From the NCBI GenBank assembly GCA_051362555.1, contig CM120641.1, positions 44,708,401-44,772,400 on the forward strand: a DNA stretch of 64,000 nucleotides, given 5' to 3'. Below the pieces are notes generated by a model. The model was not told where the DNA came from. It did not search any database and saw nothing but the letters and a program-made list of their open reading frames with translations. Both the position numbers and the translations under genes were made by a program. How positions within the stretch are numbered: the first letter of the stretch is position 1; each line of letters starts with the position of its first letter. The stretch comes from Lingula anatina. Taxonomy: Eukaryota; Animalia; Brachiopoda. Positions 11,955 to 25,165 of this stretch are shown in pieces.

Positions 11955-12288
11955 TAGTGGGCTTGATTTGGTCTTAAAGTGCGATTTAAGATCACAGATT
12001 GTCTTACATGATCTTAAACCATGAGTAAGACCATTTCTGGTCTAACAGCCGATTAAGTTGTCTCCCCTTACACATTCTCCTATTGTGAGCAGAGGTGACC
12101 TCTATTGTGAGGGGAGGTATCCCCCATTGTGAGGGGAGGAAACTGTTTGACCACTTAAGTAGATGTTAGATCATTTCTGAACTTAAAAGCAGTTTCAGTC
12201 CATTTTAAGACTACTGCTGTAATGATTAAGATCATGTAAGATCACTAGTTATCTTAAATTGCAATTTAAGACCAAATCCAGCCCACTA
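11955..12288. mobile_element. MITE with long TIRs
   Basis: TAGTGGGCTTGATTTGGTCTTAAAGTGCGATTTAAGAT... inverted at ...ATCTTAAATTGCAATTTAAGACCAAATCCAGCCCACTA. Confidence 0.7.
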
Positions 12289-12934
12289 GTGTTTATGACT
12301 TAAATGTGTATACAGCAAAAAAAAAAAAAAAAAATTCTCCTTTAAAATTTGGCCATTTTCTCATACATATTAAGGCACATTTTATTCAGGAATCAGTTGA
12401 GAAAATATGTATTGAATGGTAATTTTTTGAGATCAGTTTTATAAAAAAAAAAGTGCAGCACCTTTATTACCAGTAGGTTAGGGGGCATAATGAGAGCTAG
12501 ATTTTATAGCATTTTTTAACTGTTGGCCCCAAAGGCTCTAGATCATGTCCTATACAGATAGCAACATGTTTTTTGATAGGTTTTATTTCTGCCCAGTTTG
12601 GTAAGACCCATTTGAACTGAACAATTATGGCTAAAAAAGAAAGCAACTCGACGTATTTTGCCCCTTGATTTTAAACAGGCTTAAGTTTCAATTTTTTACT
12701 GCAAGGATCAAAACCAAATATCTACATGGATTATAATATGATCATACTACAACACAGGCTTCCATTAAGAGATAAGTAACAATGAAATTTGACAATTTTG
12801 TATTATTTTAAGCTCAATCTCACAGAACACTTTAATATTGTATTAAAACTGATAAAGTAGGCAACAAGAAGCCTACAAAATCTTACAGTCTGTTCAAGAT
12901 CAATACTACAGGTAAAAAATATGCCATTAGCACA

Positions 12935-13159
12935 TTACTTCTTTACAAAAATGTGTGCTTTTGCTTCACTCTCATCAGACAGCTGGTGTTTATGGCTGAG
13001 ATGGTTGAATGTCGCTAATTTTCTGCGAAACTCTTTGTTACACAACATACACACAAAGCGTCTCCCTGAGTGTTGCTCACTTATATGACGGCGATAAACA
13101 TTGTACAGGCGAAAAACTTTGCCACAGAATTCACAGGACAAGGTCTTTGCTTCTTTACT
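12935..13159 (-). CDS. Alternative terminal exon V31, two C2H2 fingers
   Basis: ttttacag|AGT phase 0; SKEAKTLSCEFCGKVFRLYNVYRRHISEQHSGRRFVCMLC...HLSHKH...*. Confidence 0.88.
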   Translation of the reverse strand, partial: SKEAKTLSCEFCGKVFRLYNVYRRHISEQHSGRRFVCMLCNKEFRRKLATFNHLSHKHQLSDESEAKAHIFVKK

Positions 13160-13658
13160 CTGTAAAAAATTGAAATGGCGTTTTGTCTTCTCTCTTAACA
13201 ACCTTTTCTCACCCAATATAAATTCATATTATTTACAGCGCATCATTAGTGCAAAGTAAATGACACTTTCCAGAGGAAATTTAAAGGTAAATTTTGAACA
13301 GGAGTACAGTGAGTATGTCTGTGTTCTTCCAGTTAAATGGTTCCACAACACGCACTGAGCTATTTTCCAAAGGGTTGAGTGAGGGGGTTCAAACAATTTC
13401 TATGCTTCTTCCCCGAGATTTGCCAATGAAAATGTCATTACTTTTGGGTAACATGTGTTGCTATTTAGTAGAAAAAAGAATGCAGCACTATATTTTCTCC
13501 ATATTTTTGCCATAGTAGCAGCGGAATTTCAGTATCTGTAGGTTGTTTAGATTCTTTTGTATTGTTCACTGATGTCATACACATTTTTCACAAATTTTCC
13601 AAGGTTCTCAAATTTTTGCTAAATCATGAGTATCAATGTTTGAAAAAAAGTCTGATAA

Positions 13659-13964
13659 TCAGTTATAGAAAGTTCTGCCAGGGTGGTTCTGACTGACATG
13701 GAATGCTCTATCACTTTCAGAGGTAAAACTAGCTGAACAGTAATGGCATCCCAAAGTCGCGCCAGGCGACTGTGACTTTCGAACTTTATCAATCATGGCA
13801 GCATAGTGCCTGTGCTTTCCGGAGTCACAGTGACGCCTGAAGTTATCCAACCTGTTTGTTTGATAACAACAGTGGCTAATGTGACATTCATATTTCATTG
13901 TTAAGCCCTTATTTCTGGGAGGATCTTCTGCACTGTTCCCTGTTCTTGAAGTAACTTGTTCTCC
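13659..13964 (-). CDS. Alternative terminal exon V30, two atypical, widely spaced C2H2 fingers
   Basis: tattttag|GGA phase 0; GEQVTSRTG...KYECHISHCCYQTNRLDNFRRHCDSGKH...CHYCSASFTSESDRAFHVSQNH...*. Confidence 0.85.
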   Translation of the reverse strand, partial: GEQVTSRTGNSAEDPPRNKGLTMKYECHISHCCYQTNRLDNFRRHCDSGKHRHYAAMIDKVRKSQSPGATLGCHYCSASFTSESDRAFHVSQNHPGRTFYN

Positions 13965-15218
13965 CTAAAATAATATTAGCATGTTAGATACATTTGGGGT
14001 AACAGTCATTCAAATACAGCTGTGGTTGCCATTTGCTGCTGCAAGCAGTAAACACACACACAGAATGACTAAGTACTCCTGAGCCAGTCTTTAGTAGTTT
14101 TGGACAACAAAAACCAAATAGGCAGCCAGAAAAAAAAAAGAAGTTTCTTGCCCAATTATTTTACATGAAAGCTTAAAACAGCTGGATTTAGCCATATTTA
14201 ACATACATCTTTCAAATATGCTTTCAAATGTACTTTTTCTCCACTATACAATTTTTCTCATAAAAATCACCTGGTTTACAAACTAGCAAATACCAAGACA
14301 ATTTGTCACCAGCCAATGTCACTTATTCTTCAATCAAAAGAGAACCTTAATTAAATCAAAGTACATATTATACTGGATATTTACAAAATTAAAATAAATA
14401 CAAAATTTGATAAAACAACACATGGTGCCAACCAGTTGTCCAATTTTTTCCTTAAATTATATCTCGAGTGAAACAGGAAAGGTAACTAACTCAATAATTT
14501 TCTTGAGCAAACCTTAAATGAGATCTTTAATATTTATCTAATCACTCTATCATTTCAAGGGCAACCAACAAGGACATTGCTCTAGGAAATCATCTGAGAT
14601 AGCCCAAAACCTTGGCGTTTAAGATTTTACAGGATTTTGTGGAGTGTGAGGACAGAAGCAATGAATGAAAGCTGACAGAATTGACCTATGGGAATTTCTT
14701 TTTTCGTTTCTGTTGAATTACTTTTGCACATCATCATCAAGAATGGTTGGGTTGGTGCCGACCCGCTGTACCCCCCCCCCCCCCCCCCCGCAAAAACTTT
14801 CGACTGGTCACAGTTCTGCACAACACTTTTGCGCAACAGTCACATATTCACCATGTTGTGGGTGTCTCTTTTTATTGTTTTCTAAGAAAAGAAGGTGTCT
14901 TGTATGCTGTCACCTTTGAGTTTATATCAGATGATTCTCTTTGGTTGTCATTATACAGTCTCTGACATTGGCCACTAGTCAAAATGACATGTAGATTTGG
15001 TGTGGTATCAATAATTACATACAAAGTTACCTGTTTAATCAGTCTAGTGTAAATCTTCATAATATTGTTTTGGATGATTTTTCATGAATCTAGATTTCCT
15101 CATTTGTCTTATAAGTGTTCGAGGTCTACTTGTAAAAGTATGACTTACAGTGGACTTAGGAGTTTAAGACACAGGCTGTGCATACCGGTAATTCATTGAG
15201 TGTTTTCAACACAGGGCA

Positions 15219-15458
15219 CTAGTGCTTTGAAAGTAATGGTCTGTCCTCAGTAAAAACACATTTAATAAGTTTCTTTGCTTCCGAAAGATCGGCAACCTTG
15301 TGAATCAGCTTCGTATGTAACACTCCACTCTCCTTTCTCCTGAAGCTCTTCCCACACTGACCACATTTAAACCACCTATTACTGTGTTTCTCTCGTCTAT
15401 GGCGATGGTAGGCAAACTTATTGTAGTAGATTTTATTGCAGCTGTCACATGTCCAACA
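15219..15458 (-). CDS. Alternative terminal exon V29, two C2H2 fingers (absent from ORF track)
   Basis: ctttacag|TGT phase 0; CWTCDSCNKIYYNKFAYHRHRREKHSNRWFKCGQCGKSFRRKESGVLHTKLIH...*. Confidence 0.88.
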   Translation of the reverse strand, partial: CWTCDSCNKIYYNKFAYHRHRREKHSNRWFKCGQCGKSFRRKESGVLHTKLIHKVADLSEAKKLIKCVFTEDRPLLSKH

Positions 15459-16813
15459 CTGTAAAGTGAGCCAATTTATCCATTATTTCTTAGAATCTGT
15501 TGGTGCCCATTTCAAAAAATTTGTATGTCAAATTTGGCAATGACATAGACTGCTGTGGATTTTAGCTGACTAAAATGATTTTCACAAACAATGGGTTATA
15601 ACTGGGAGAAGAGTAAAGGTGTCTTACTTAGCCCCAAGAACTAGTTGTGATTTTTTTTTGCTTCAATTGGTGACAGTAGCTCATGCTTTTAAGACCAATA
15701 TTGCAATGTTGTATTTAATTCAGCAGTCTATGTTAAGTTCAAAACTACGGGCACCTTAACTCAGCTTAATGCAGTACCAATTAAAACATCTATACTAAAA
15801 TAAATAAAAATTATATGTAGGAGTTTACCATAGGGGTTCACATGCAATTTCAATATCTGCCTGATAATGGATGAGAAAAGATGTGCAGCTTAAGGTGAAT
15901 GGTGTCACTTAACCTTGGCCAGTCCAAGGAGGTATATGCTGCCTCAGTGTGTTAAATGAAGAAAAAACTAACATCTGTTTAAATGGAGTGCTTCAAGCCA
16001 ATATTTCTCTTCCTATGCCTTAAAAATAAGAAGTTTGGATGTCAACTGATTTAACATCTTTGTCAGGATCACAGCATATTAAAATTTCTCACTCAAGGTC
16101 ATAGAGAGTTTTTTTAGCAATGTTGTTTAGTAAGAAAAACAACAACAACTGTAGTATTCTCTTCATAAACATCACAAACTTTATCAGAACTTTATTGGAA
16201 ATATTTACAAACCATTCTGCACAGAAATTTTCTAAAAGTTTTGCGATTCATAAAATGCTTTTCCAAGTTTCAAGTTTCTAGTTTTGAAGTCTCGTCATGG
16301 ACGTTATGGAGAGTAACTGATAAATTCACTCCTGGCAGCAAAAAAAGCTAATTTTTAACTCAAGAACAAGTTATAGATGATAAGTTTCTAAAAAATCTTT
16401 TCTGTATTAAGGGCTTCTGTGCACTGCATACCTTTTAAAATATTATGAAAAGTGATTTTAAGTGTAAAATCGTATGTCATATCAAGTATATAATAAACAA
16501 GTAGATAACATACATGTGTTTAAAAAAAGTATTAGATTGGTGCAGTATAAACACTGTGACATCTACTTTTTAAAAACTACTAAATAATTATTTCAGTGTT
16601 AAATCCATTTTATTATCTATAATTATCAATTTTTTTTAGCTTGAAACATGTTCTTTGAAATAACAGGTTTCTCATCAAGGAAAAGAAAGGAATATATACA
16701 GAAACGTCAGTTGTAGAATTCTACTGTAACACTAGCAAAACAGTTGGGGAAAAACATTTTGGTCATATTACTAAAATAACAAGTAAGGAACAAGAATCAA
16801 AAACACCTTCATT

Positions 16814-17032
16814 TTATTTGTCTAAACACAAAATTATTTTCTTTTTTATTTCACTTTTATCAGTGACCTTGTGCACTTGAAGGAGGTGACGTTGTGCAAC
16901 AGAATGCCTCAAGTACATGTGTTTGCAGAGCACGCACTGAAACTTTCTATTCGCATGGTGGTCACGATGATGCTGCATGAGAGACAGTCGACTGGAATAA
17001 TGTCTTCCTCTGCACAGTTTACAAGTCCATAC
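16814..17032 (-). CDS. Alternative terminal exon V28, two C2H2 fingers
   Basis: atttgcag|GTA phase 0; VWTCKLCRGRHYSSRLSLMQHHRDHHANRKFQCVLC...HLLQVH...*. Confidence 0.88.
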   Translation of the reverse strand, partial: VWTCKLCRGRHYSSRLSLMQHHRDHHANRKFQCVLCKHMYLRHSVAQRHLLQVHKVTDKSEIKKKIILCLDK

Positions 17033-17336
17033 CTGCAAATGATCACATCATTGCTGCTGTGAAGTCACTATTTATACTTACTACCACACCATCATAAGCT
17101 AAATACCATCTGGACATGGTGAAAAAAATTTACCATATTTTGCAATTATGTTCTTTATAAGTTCAAGTTCCTTTCAAGTTTCATATAACTAACAAATTGT
17201 GCTTCCAAGTGTTCACTTTGTCACAGGTATTACGTAGGTGTAAAGAGTTCCTTTCTGATTATGAACAACATATATGTAACACTTCAAAAGTGCCTACAAT
17301 CATATTCAATAATGAAGGCACTGTTTGTTTTAAAAG

Positions 17337-17588
17337 CTACTTTCCCCCATCTTTGTGTGGTTGAGGATAGGTGAGTGCTAGGGACTTTTTCACTGTTTTC
17401 AATCTGGCCTGTCCTCCAGTTAGTTTGTGTACCTGCATCAGATGCCTGGTAGCATTAGCATGCCTTCCAAATGTTCGCCGACAAACCACACATTGGAAGT
17501 ACATGTTAGAGTGCTGGTCACGCTCATGCTGCTTAAGCGACATTAGACTCCTGTAGGCTTTACCATTGCACAGTTTACATTTCCACAA
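17337..17588 (-). CDS. Alternative terminal exon V27, two C2H2 fingers
   Basis: tatttcag|TTG phase 0; LWKCKLCNGKAYRSLMSLKQHERDQHSNMYFQCVVC...HLMQVH...*. Confidence 0.88.
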   Translation of the reverse strand: MWKCKLCNGKAYRSLMSLKQHERDQHSNMYFQCVVCRRTFGRHANATRHLMQVHKLTGGQARLKTVKKSLALTYPQPHKDGGK

Positions 17589-18424
17589 CTGAAATATTCC
17601 CCCAAATGATACAAAAACACAGTATCAACAATTATTTTTATAATTATTCAAGTGTTACACAGTTTCTCTATGAATATTCATATTGAAGGCCGAACGAAAT
17701 ATCAGGTGTTCATTGTATCACAAGACATAATATAAATACGAAAGTTAAGCTAGGCTAAGACCAGTTGGGCCTAGCCTCATGAAAGAATGGAAGCATTCAG
17801 AGTCACACATCTTATTAGCTGTGTTGGTTCAACTCTGCAAGGGATTCTCTCTCAAGTGCAATCAGCACATGATAGTTAATGAACTTCCTAGCTGCTCAAG
17901 GAGGCATGTCAGACAATTATGCTGATTCCATGATTGCACTTTTGCAAAAAAAAAAAAACCTTCGCAGAGTAGGACTGACCCAGCTTGTACGATGAGTGAA
18001 TATGAGAGCAGCCTAATGCTGGCCTTAACTGTAAGACTAAATATTTTTGTCCAAGTCAGCCCAGGATAAATATGTCATTATCTACTAATTTAAAATAAAG
18101 TTAATACCAAGAATTACCCATTCCTTACTTTTTGTACAACAGGCCCAATTTCATCATCATTTAAATAAAGTAGGCAGATCTGAAATTTTCAGTCTTCAAA
18201 ACTTTGTCTCAGGCACTTTTGTGAATTAGGCATGAAACCCTTTGGGAGTACAACAGCGAGAGACTAAGAAAAAGCACTGGTCAGTCCTTGGCAAACTTAT
18301 CCGATCATAAGTACAATAAGTCCCAAGCAGCGCATTTGATACAGAGTGTACAATAATATTGAGCAACCAAATTCTATGATTAAACAGTGTTTTCATCAAA
18401 CCCTCACTGATTGGTCCTTAGTTC

Positions 18425-18664
18425 CTATTTTCTTTCATTCAGTGAGGGTTGTCTCTTGCAAGTTGTAATGTGAGACCTAGCCTCTGATGTATTGAAGAAT
18501 CTATGTATGGTCCTCACATGTCGTAGCGCCACATGGTGGCGATTATACATCTTGTTACACAGCGTACACTTGAAACAGCGGTTACTGTGGTGGTCGCGGA
18601 CGTGCTGCCGAAACGATAACTCATTTTTCCACACTTTTCCAACACAAAAATCACAACGCCAAAC
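18425..18664 (-). CDS. Alternative terminal exon V26, two C2H2 fingers
   Basis: attttcag|GTT phase 0; VWRCDFCVGKVWKNELSFRQHVRDHHSNRCFKCTLC...HVRTIH...*. Confidence 0.88.
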   Translation of the reverse strand, partial: VWRCDFCVGKVWKNELSFRQHVRDHHSNRCFKCTLCNKMYNRHHVALRHVRTIHRFFNTSEARSHITTCKRQPSLNERK

Positions 18665-20233
18665 CTGAAAATGTGCAATTTGATTGGTGAAAGATGGAAT
18701 GAAGCCAGGCATTTACTCATATCTGTATAAAATGTACAATTCATTTATGGCAGGTGATGAATAGCATTGTCTGTAAGGTTCATTTGGATAATCAACTGTA
18801 TCAAAATATGCAAACACTTGGTGTTATAAATAATGGTACATTGCTGAAAAAGTACATTAATGAATAAAAAGAATTGTACAACATATTCAAGGATGGTGCT
18901 AGCCCAGACCTAGTGATGCAAACAGTTGTCCCTGAGCCAATCAAATATTTCATTTTACGGCCTTGTTTTCATCCCGCGATATACTCTTAACTGATACATT
19001 ACGTTTGTATAGGCCCACTTTCGGTGTTGCATGTAACCAGGGCAAATATGTATAGGTGAATTTTTATCCAAAATCTTGAAGAAGATGCAGTTTTAAGGCT
19101 GATTGAGTGATTAATTCTGTTTATCCCTTGGTCTGTTGACTTTATTTGAATTTTAAAAGAAACAAGAAGTGGCTTATGTTACAGGGAATCCACGCTGGGT
19201 TCAAACATAAATTTAATATTTGATTTTGTAAGAGAGTCACATAAATGGAGCCTCTGTAATCATCAGGGCAAACTAATTAATTTAACAGAACTTGTTAAAG
19301 GGAATTTAATCTCCCATAATGTAATTGCATATTGGTACCTCTCAAAGTGAACAAGTGTTACGTAAGTTCAATGTGAAAAGTAACTTTGTTCAGCAATTTC
19401 AATTCTGAAATCTTCAACCAATGTCACAAAAAAAAAGTTGACTTGCAAGTATTCTAGGTATGGCTTCATTTCATTTTTGGCTTTAACTGCAATGTAACGC
19501 CCATTAAATTACAGTCACAGAAGCTATAGCCAAATGCTAATTTTTAAAGATAATTATAATATTTTATTGTCATTAAGCATCATGACATTTAAAAACCACT
19601 GCTTCTTTAAAAATCCAGAGTTACTGTGATATTTCTTTGCAAAACCTAATCATGCAACACAAATACCTATACTTAAAAACAGCTTTTCTCTTAACCGCAC
19701 CACTACTATAAAAAAGTGAATGACGACATACTTCTAATATCTAGAGTGAACATTCAACATCACGTTATCCACTTGCTGTTAATAGCATATAGAAGACTTA
19801 TTTAACAGCATTCACAACAGCAAAGTTCCATTTCATTTTCTTATCCAAGACACATGCTCACTTTCAGTTTTAATTCATATGTTTGACAAGAAACCTTAAA
19901 GTAAAACATACAAACCCCTTCTTTAAATACCACTCTTGGAACCATCAAAAGCTTCGATTGCACATAAAAGAGTAGACACAGAAATGACACACAGCAACAC
20001 TGCGGACTCTTCTACACATGGCAGTTTAATGTGCGAAAATTACTTAAGATATGACAAACTTTCTTAAGTAAAAAAAAAACCAAAAAAAAAACCAAAACAT
20101 TTTATGCCCACATTTAAGCTGTGGTTTACAACATAACAGTAAGTCTTATATCTCATTTCATTTCTTTGAGAAAGCTGATCTCGCTTTCATTTCTACATGA
20201 AAACGTATCAAGTTGAGTCTTCCTAATTCAACA

Positions 20234-20470
20234 TCAAGATGTTGATGGTGGCCCAACAGGGCAAATTACCAAGTGTTTTTTAGCTTCTTGAATGTCAGCT
20301 ATTTTGTGCACACTTCGTATATGGTGAATAGCATTATCCTTTCGCAAAATGGTCTTAGTGCAAATGTTACACCTGTGTGTTTCTTGCCTGTTGTGCTCTC
20401 GAAGATGCCTCTTTAATGCTTCCCAGTTTAGAAATCTCCTTCCTGTTCCACACTGTACACAAAACCATCC
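20234..20470 (-). CDS. Alternative terminal exon V25, two C2H2 fingers (absent from ORF track)
   Basis: aattttag|GGA phase 0; GWFCVQCGTGRRFLNWEALKRHLREHNRQETHRCNICTKTILRKDNAIHHIRSVH...*. Confidence 0.87.
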   Translation of the reverse strand, partial: GWFCVQCGTGRRFLNWEALKRHLREHNRQETHRCNICTKTILRKDNAIHHIRSVHKIADIQEAKKHLVICPVGPPSTS

Positions 20471-20891
20471 CTAAAATTACAGAACTGTTTTTGTGTACAA
20501 CGCAATCCATTTAGAGTTTAGCAACATAACTCTATAACTTTTCATAAGCACACTAAAGTAAACACTGTATATTACTACAGCTATAAAATTACATTATAAT
20601 TTTATTATTATTATTATTTTTTTTTTTTTGGGGGGGGGGGAGGAGAATAAAACAATGACACTTAAAACAGAACTGCAAGTGAAACTTATCTAAAAATAAA
20701 ACATAGATTATCAAGGTCAATAAATTATAAAATATGCAAAGATTCATACAATGTGCACAATACATAAATACCCACAAAAAATTTTAAATTATTAAAATAG
20801 GAATCTCTTTTTTCCTTCAGAGATTTATTCTCCTGTTGCCACAAATAATCCCCCCCCCCCCCCGTCAAGTTTATGTGTGCTCAGATTATTA

Positions 20892-21240
20892 AGCTCTGTT
20901 CACAACCAAGTTGATCCGCAGACTAACTGAGCCATGGATCAAATATGGCGTGACCCACTAGAAAGCTTGCCCCATAGTCCCCCCTGGGAATCCTTTAGGG
21001 GTTTATCCAGCAAGCAGTTAGCCCCAGGATCAAATTGGTTGTGATCAGAGCCATAGGTTGCATTCAGAACAGTAGACTAACTAATCCCTGGATCAAATAT
21101 GGCTGACCCACTTGAATGCTTATTACATAATCCACACATGAAATCAATTCAGTGCCTATTAGTGGATTAGATGATAAGCTTTTTAGTGTGTTGCCATATT
21201 TGAGCCGTGGACTAGTTAGTCCACTGTTCTAAATGGGGCC
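20892..21240. mobile_element. Two adjacent related MITE-like palindromic elements
   Basis: GCTCTGTTCACAACCAAGTTGATCC...GGATCAAATTGGTTGTGATCAGAGC (~20892-21050) and CATTCAGAACAGTAGACTAACTAATCC...GGACTAGTTAGTCCACTGTTCTAAATG (~21057-21240); both contain GGATCAAATATGGC. Confidence 0.6.
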
Positions 21241-21546
21241 ATAGAGTCCACAGGGCCAACTGGGTGTCACATTGTTTCTCAAGAGCCATTAATTAATAAC
21301 ACTGTTGTCTTTTTATAAACATTGTTGCCAATCCCAAGCATAAACACTGCAATTTCAGAAATAAATATATTCCCACATCGACATTATATTGATTGTCAAT
21401 TACAATTGCCTGATCTTCAAAGAATAGACTCAGAACTTCGACAGGATTACTGAACAATTTGGGAACAAAAAAAGATCACATTAAACTATGTTTAAAATAT
21501 TTGAAAAATCACAAGCACACAAACACACAAGAATGCCCTAAAAGCA

Positions 21547-21813
21547 TCAATCAGTTATCCCCTTGACATTAAGCTGATCTGTTTGTTCATTATTCAAATA
21601 CACTGTCACCAAAGTATCAGCGTCCAAATCCACATTGTGCTTCTTTTTCCCGTGCTTAACAACAACATGTTTTCTGTGAAAAAGTTTATCACAATTTGGG
21701 CATTTAAACCTTCGTCCTGCATGAATTTCCTGAACATGGCGCATCATTTCATGAACGTGTTGGAACATTTTCTGACAGTGAGGACAGGCACCTGGCTTAC
21801 GCACATAAATTCG
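21547..21813 (-). CDS. Alternative terminal exon V24, two C2H2 fingers
   Basis: ctccatag|CGA phase 0; RIYVRKPGACPHCQKMFQHVHEMMRHVQEIHAGRRFKCPNC...HGKKKH...*. Confidence 0.88.
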   Translation of the reverse strand, partial: RIYVRKPGACPHCQKMFQHVHEMMRHVQEIHAGRRFKCPNCDKLFHRKHVVVKHGKKKHNVDLDADTLVTVYLNNEQTDQLNVKGITD

Positions 21814-22403
21814 CTATGGAGAGAAAAAATTGAGGGATTCCATCAGCAAAAACTAAACTTGCGTGCACCATGCAGAATTTATGTCATAATGTATCAAACA
21901 CAAATAATAAAGCACCAATATAAAATACTGATGCCTACAGCTGTGTTTATGAGAAAATGACAATATCTATAGTCACTGCTCACCATCAAATTTACAGTTC
22001 ACTGAATGTCATCAAAATATAGGCCACAATACATAATTGTGCAACAATACAATATTTTTGGTTCAATCCAGAATTTTTTAATGATACATCAACCAGGCCA
22101 TCTAAAATGATTATTCTGCCCAATTCAAAGATTTGTTGTTTATTAATACAAATTAAACAGTTAAGAAATGAAGAAGTCTTTAGGTCTTAAAATATCATTC
22201 TAGCCCTTACACATGTAAACAATAAAATACATCAAAAATTTATAAACATATACATTGGTATATATACAATGATAAAATTTACACCGTTTGGCAATAACTG
22301 GTCCATAGAATCTAAAATCATCACATCTGACACCTTCTTCTCTATAAAGAAGGTAACTTTACACCTATGCAGTAAATCAGTACCAAACATATAATAACTG
22401 TTC

Positions 22404-22622
22404 CTAAGGAAGATAGATAGGTGAAAATGAGCCTGGGATGTAAGCTTCCTTGTGCTTCAACTTGAAATGACTTATAACAAGAGTTTTTCTTTGAAAATGT
22501 CTCACACACATTGGGCATTTAAACCTCCGCCCTTCGTGTACTTCCTTTACGTGGCGAATCAGTTTATGTTTAACAACCTTGTGACAGTATGGACACGTTC
22601 CACCTTTGTTGCTATCGCCACG
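22404..22622 (-). CDS. Alternative terminal exon V23, two C2H2 fingers (absent from ORF track)
   Basis: tttctctcaag|CGT phase 0; RGDSNKGGTCPYCHKVVKHKLIRHVKEVHEGRRFKCPMC...SHFKLKH...PIYLP*. Confidence 0.85.
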   Translation of the reverse strand, partial: RGDSNKGGTCPYCHKVVKHKLIRHVKEVHEGRRFKCPMCVRHFQRKTLVISHFKLKHKEAYIPGSFSPIYLP

Positions 22623-24681
22623 CTTGAGAGAAAATAGATGAAAAATTTAAACTTTATGTGTATATTCTAAAAATCATGCAAAAAATGCAATAATCTACAA
22701 TTAAAACCTTGAGTGCTCAAAGTTAAAGGCAGGTTCACTGAGAATCATCAAAGCTTAGGTAAAAACATTTCATGACCAATAGTAAGGGAGAAGTAAGGGG
22801 ATACTGTTGAATTTGAGTTTATCAATATATGGTTTCTTCTATTACTCATAAATCCTTATTTGATTTGAGGTCACACAATGAGTCTTAGACCTTCATATAG
22901 CAAAATGTTCATTTTGATGCATGTTTCAAAACTAGATCACCAAGGTATATCATAATATAGCTGTTGATAAGATTATGAAACATAAACATGTTTTGGAGTT
23001 CTAAGTATCTATTTTTTTAGTGATATGAATCTCACAATGGAGATATCAATCGAGACTGTCAAATTTCACTGACATCAACAAAAAATTAGATTTATTATGG
23101 GTTAATAAGATTTTAGATAGGATTTTCCTTGGTGATAAAGAGAAGAATGCTAAAATTCCGTTATTATGTGCAGACACACTATTTTGTGCATCATTATTTA
23201 CATCTCCTTGTCTGTACATTTGACAGCTTTGCTGCCATGTTTATCTTTTGCAACAGAAAGTTCTAACACACATGTGCCTATTTGGAAAAGCAGTGCTCAG
23301 ATGTAATGGCTCTCAGTTCTTTTCCCTTCATAGAGAAGTAATATCAAGATATATGCCATTTTAAAACACACTTTTGAGGTAATTTAAAATATCTGGCATC
23401 CTTCCATTCAAAAATACAACCTTAAAACAGAAAGTATGATTTTGTAAAAGATTTTAATTTTAATTCAAACAGTTGAGATATCAGTGTTCCCTCTGCTTTG
23501 AACATAAGGATGCAATGTATTGAATTTGAGCTGAAATGATCTTGGATCTAACCAAAAATCTGTAGTTCTGTTTTGCTTGTGACATTTCTTAATTGCTGAC
23601 AACTTAATGAGCTTAAAAAAAGGAAAACAGCTCTGCTTGCAACTTGCTAATACTCTATCAATTAAAAAAGGCACAGCTTCAGATAAGGTTGGTAATTATA
23701 CCTTCAAAAAGTAATGCCACACTCTGTATCTGAATACTGTTGTATTATTAATAGACACATTTCATGTGCTATACAAAACTGCATTTTATCAAAAAAGAGA
23801 AAAATATATTTTTTTAACGTCTGCCACAGAATTTATTCACGACTTATTCAACTAGACAGACAAAATACATTATTTTGGGATGTGAGATAAATAAATGGAT
23901 ACAGAAAATTTGTCAAGAGATATTGAAAAACATTACAAAAAATAAATTTTAAATATTTTAGTGTTTTTGGTTAATTTCTAAATTAAACATTTGGCAAATA
24001 TTAAAGTGGAATGACATTATCTTCAATTATAATTGTATCATAATGGGTTTATAACCTAACAATTTCACATTCAAATTATAACAAAAAATGAAATAATTCA
24101 TTCCTTTGGTAAAAATAATCAATTTTGTAATCTTAACAGATAGTAACATGGGACAATGATGACTGCCATCACATTTACTAAACATTTGACTGATATTCAT
24201 TACTAGTTAAAAGCTGTTAAATGAAAAGCCATTCATTTAACACAAATTTCCACAAATTTTAAAGACAATGTCAGCTGAACTGGTATAATTCAAATAATTA
24301 AAAGCAAGCAGTAGATCTGCCCTTTCATATGTTGCTAGGTTAAATTTTTCTGGTGACCTCACTTTACAAAGCCATCCAGTTGTACTTTACATGAGTTATA
24401 AAAGTTTCTGGGTCTTAACTGGACTTATATTACTTGAGTTGAAGAAGTTGTGGTTCCCACTCACCCCCCCCCCCCCCAACCCCCATGAGATATCTGTCCT
24501 GTGCCAATTATGTTACAATACTGAAAATAGTTCCATCTGTGTTCAAAGTAAATGACTAAAATCCACATGAGGGGGCGGAATATCAACTCAAATAACTGAA
24601 ATCCACCAATAAGTTCAAAAACTTCATTCTTGTTCTGTATAAAGATATATTGTCATAAACAAGTCTGATCTATAGACATCC

Positions 24682-24831
24682 TTATGTATCAGCTTTATGT
24701 GGCTTCAAGCTTTGCCTTTTCTTTTTCCTCCTCTTCCTCCCTTCATGAACCTCTCGTATGTGACGATTCAACCTGTGTTTGAGAACCTTCAAACAATATG
24801 GGCAAGTTCCACCGATATTGGTGTCAAAACG
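24682..24831 (-). CDS. Alternative terminal exon V22, one finger plus basic tail (second finger deleted)
   Basis: ttctccaaag|CGT phase 0; RFDTNIGGTCPYCLKVLKHRLNRHIREVHEGRKRRKKKRQSLKPHKADT*. Confidence 0.7.
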   Translation of the reverse strand, partial: RFDTNIGGTCPYCLKVLKHRLNRHIREVHEGRKRRKKKRQSLKPHKADT

Positions 24832-25165
24832 CTTTGGAGAAAAAAAATGGAAGAAAGCCTAAATTTCAGTATACACACATGTAGCTATTTAAAATATGGT
24901 GAATCAAAAACTTGGAAGAAAATCTGAATTTTTGACTTCTCAAATGTAATAACAAATAAGGAAAACATAGGTCTTATACACAAAGACATCCATTTTGCTC
25001 ACAGAAGTATTGTGGTTCAGTTCACTGTCAGTCACTTAGGTGTTTCTCAAAAAATTAAGATACTGGATGGAATTCATGATTCATGAGGTTTAAAATGGAG
25101 AAAATTTCATAGGACCTATAGTAAAAGAAAATCTGCCAATTTCCTTATTAAGGAATACAAATCTT

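Noticed and set aside
13290-13560. Possible degraded finger exon below V30
   Set aside because: Only a faint SGKKHR resemblance to V30, with stops in the relevant frames; not supportable.
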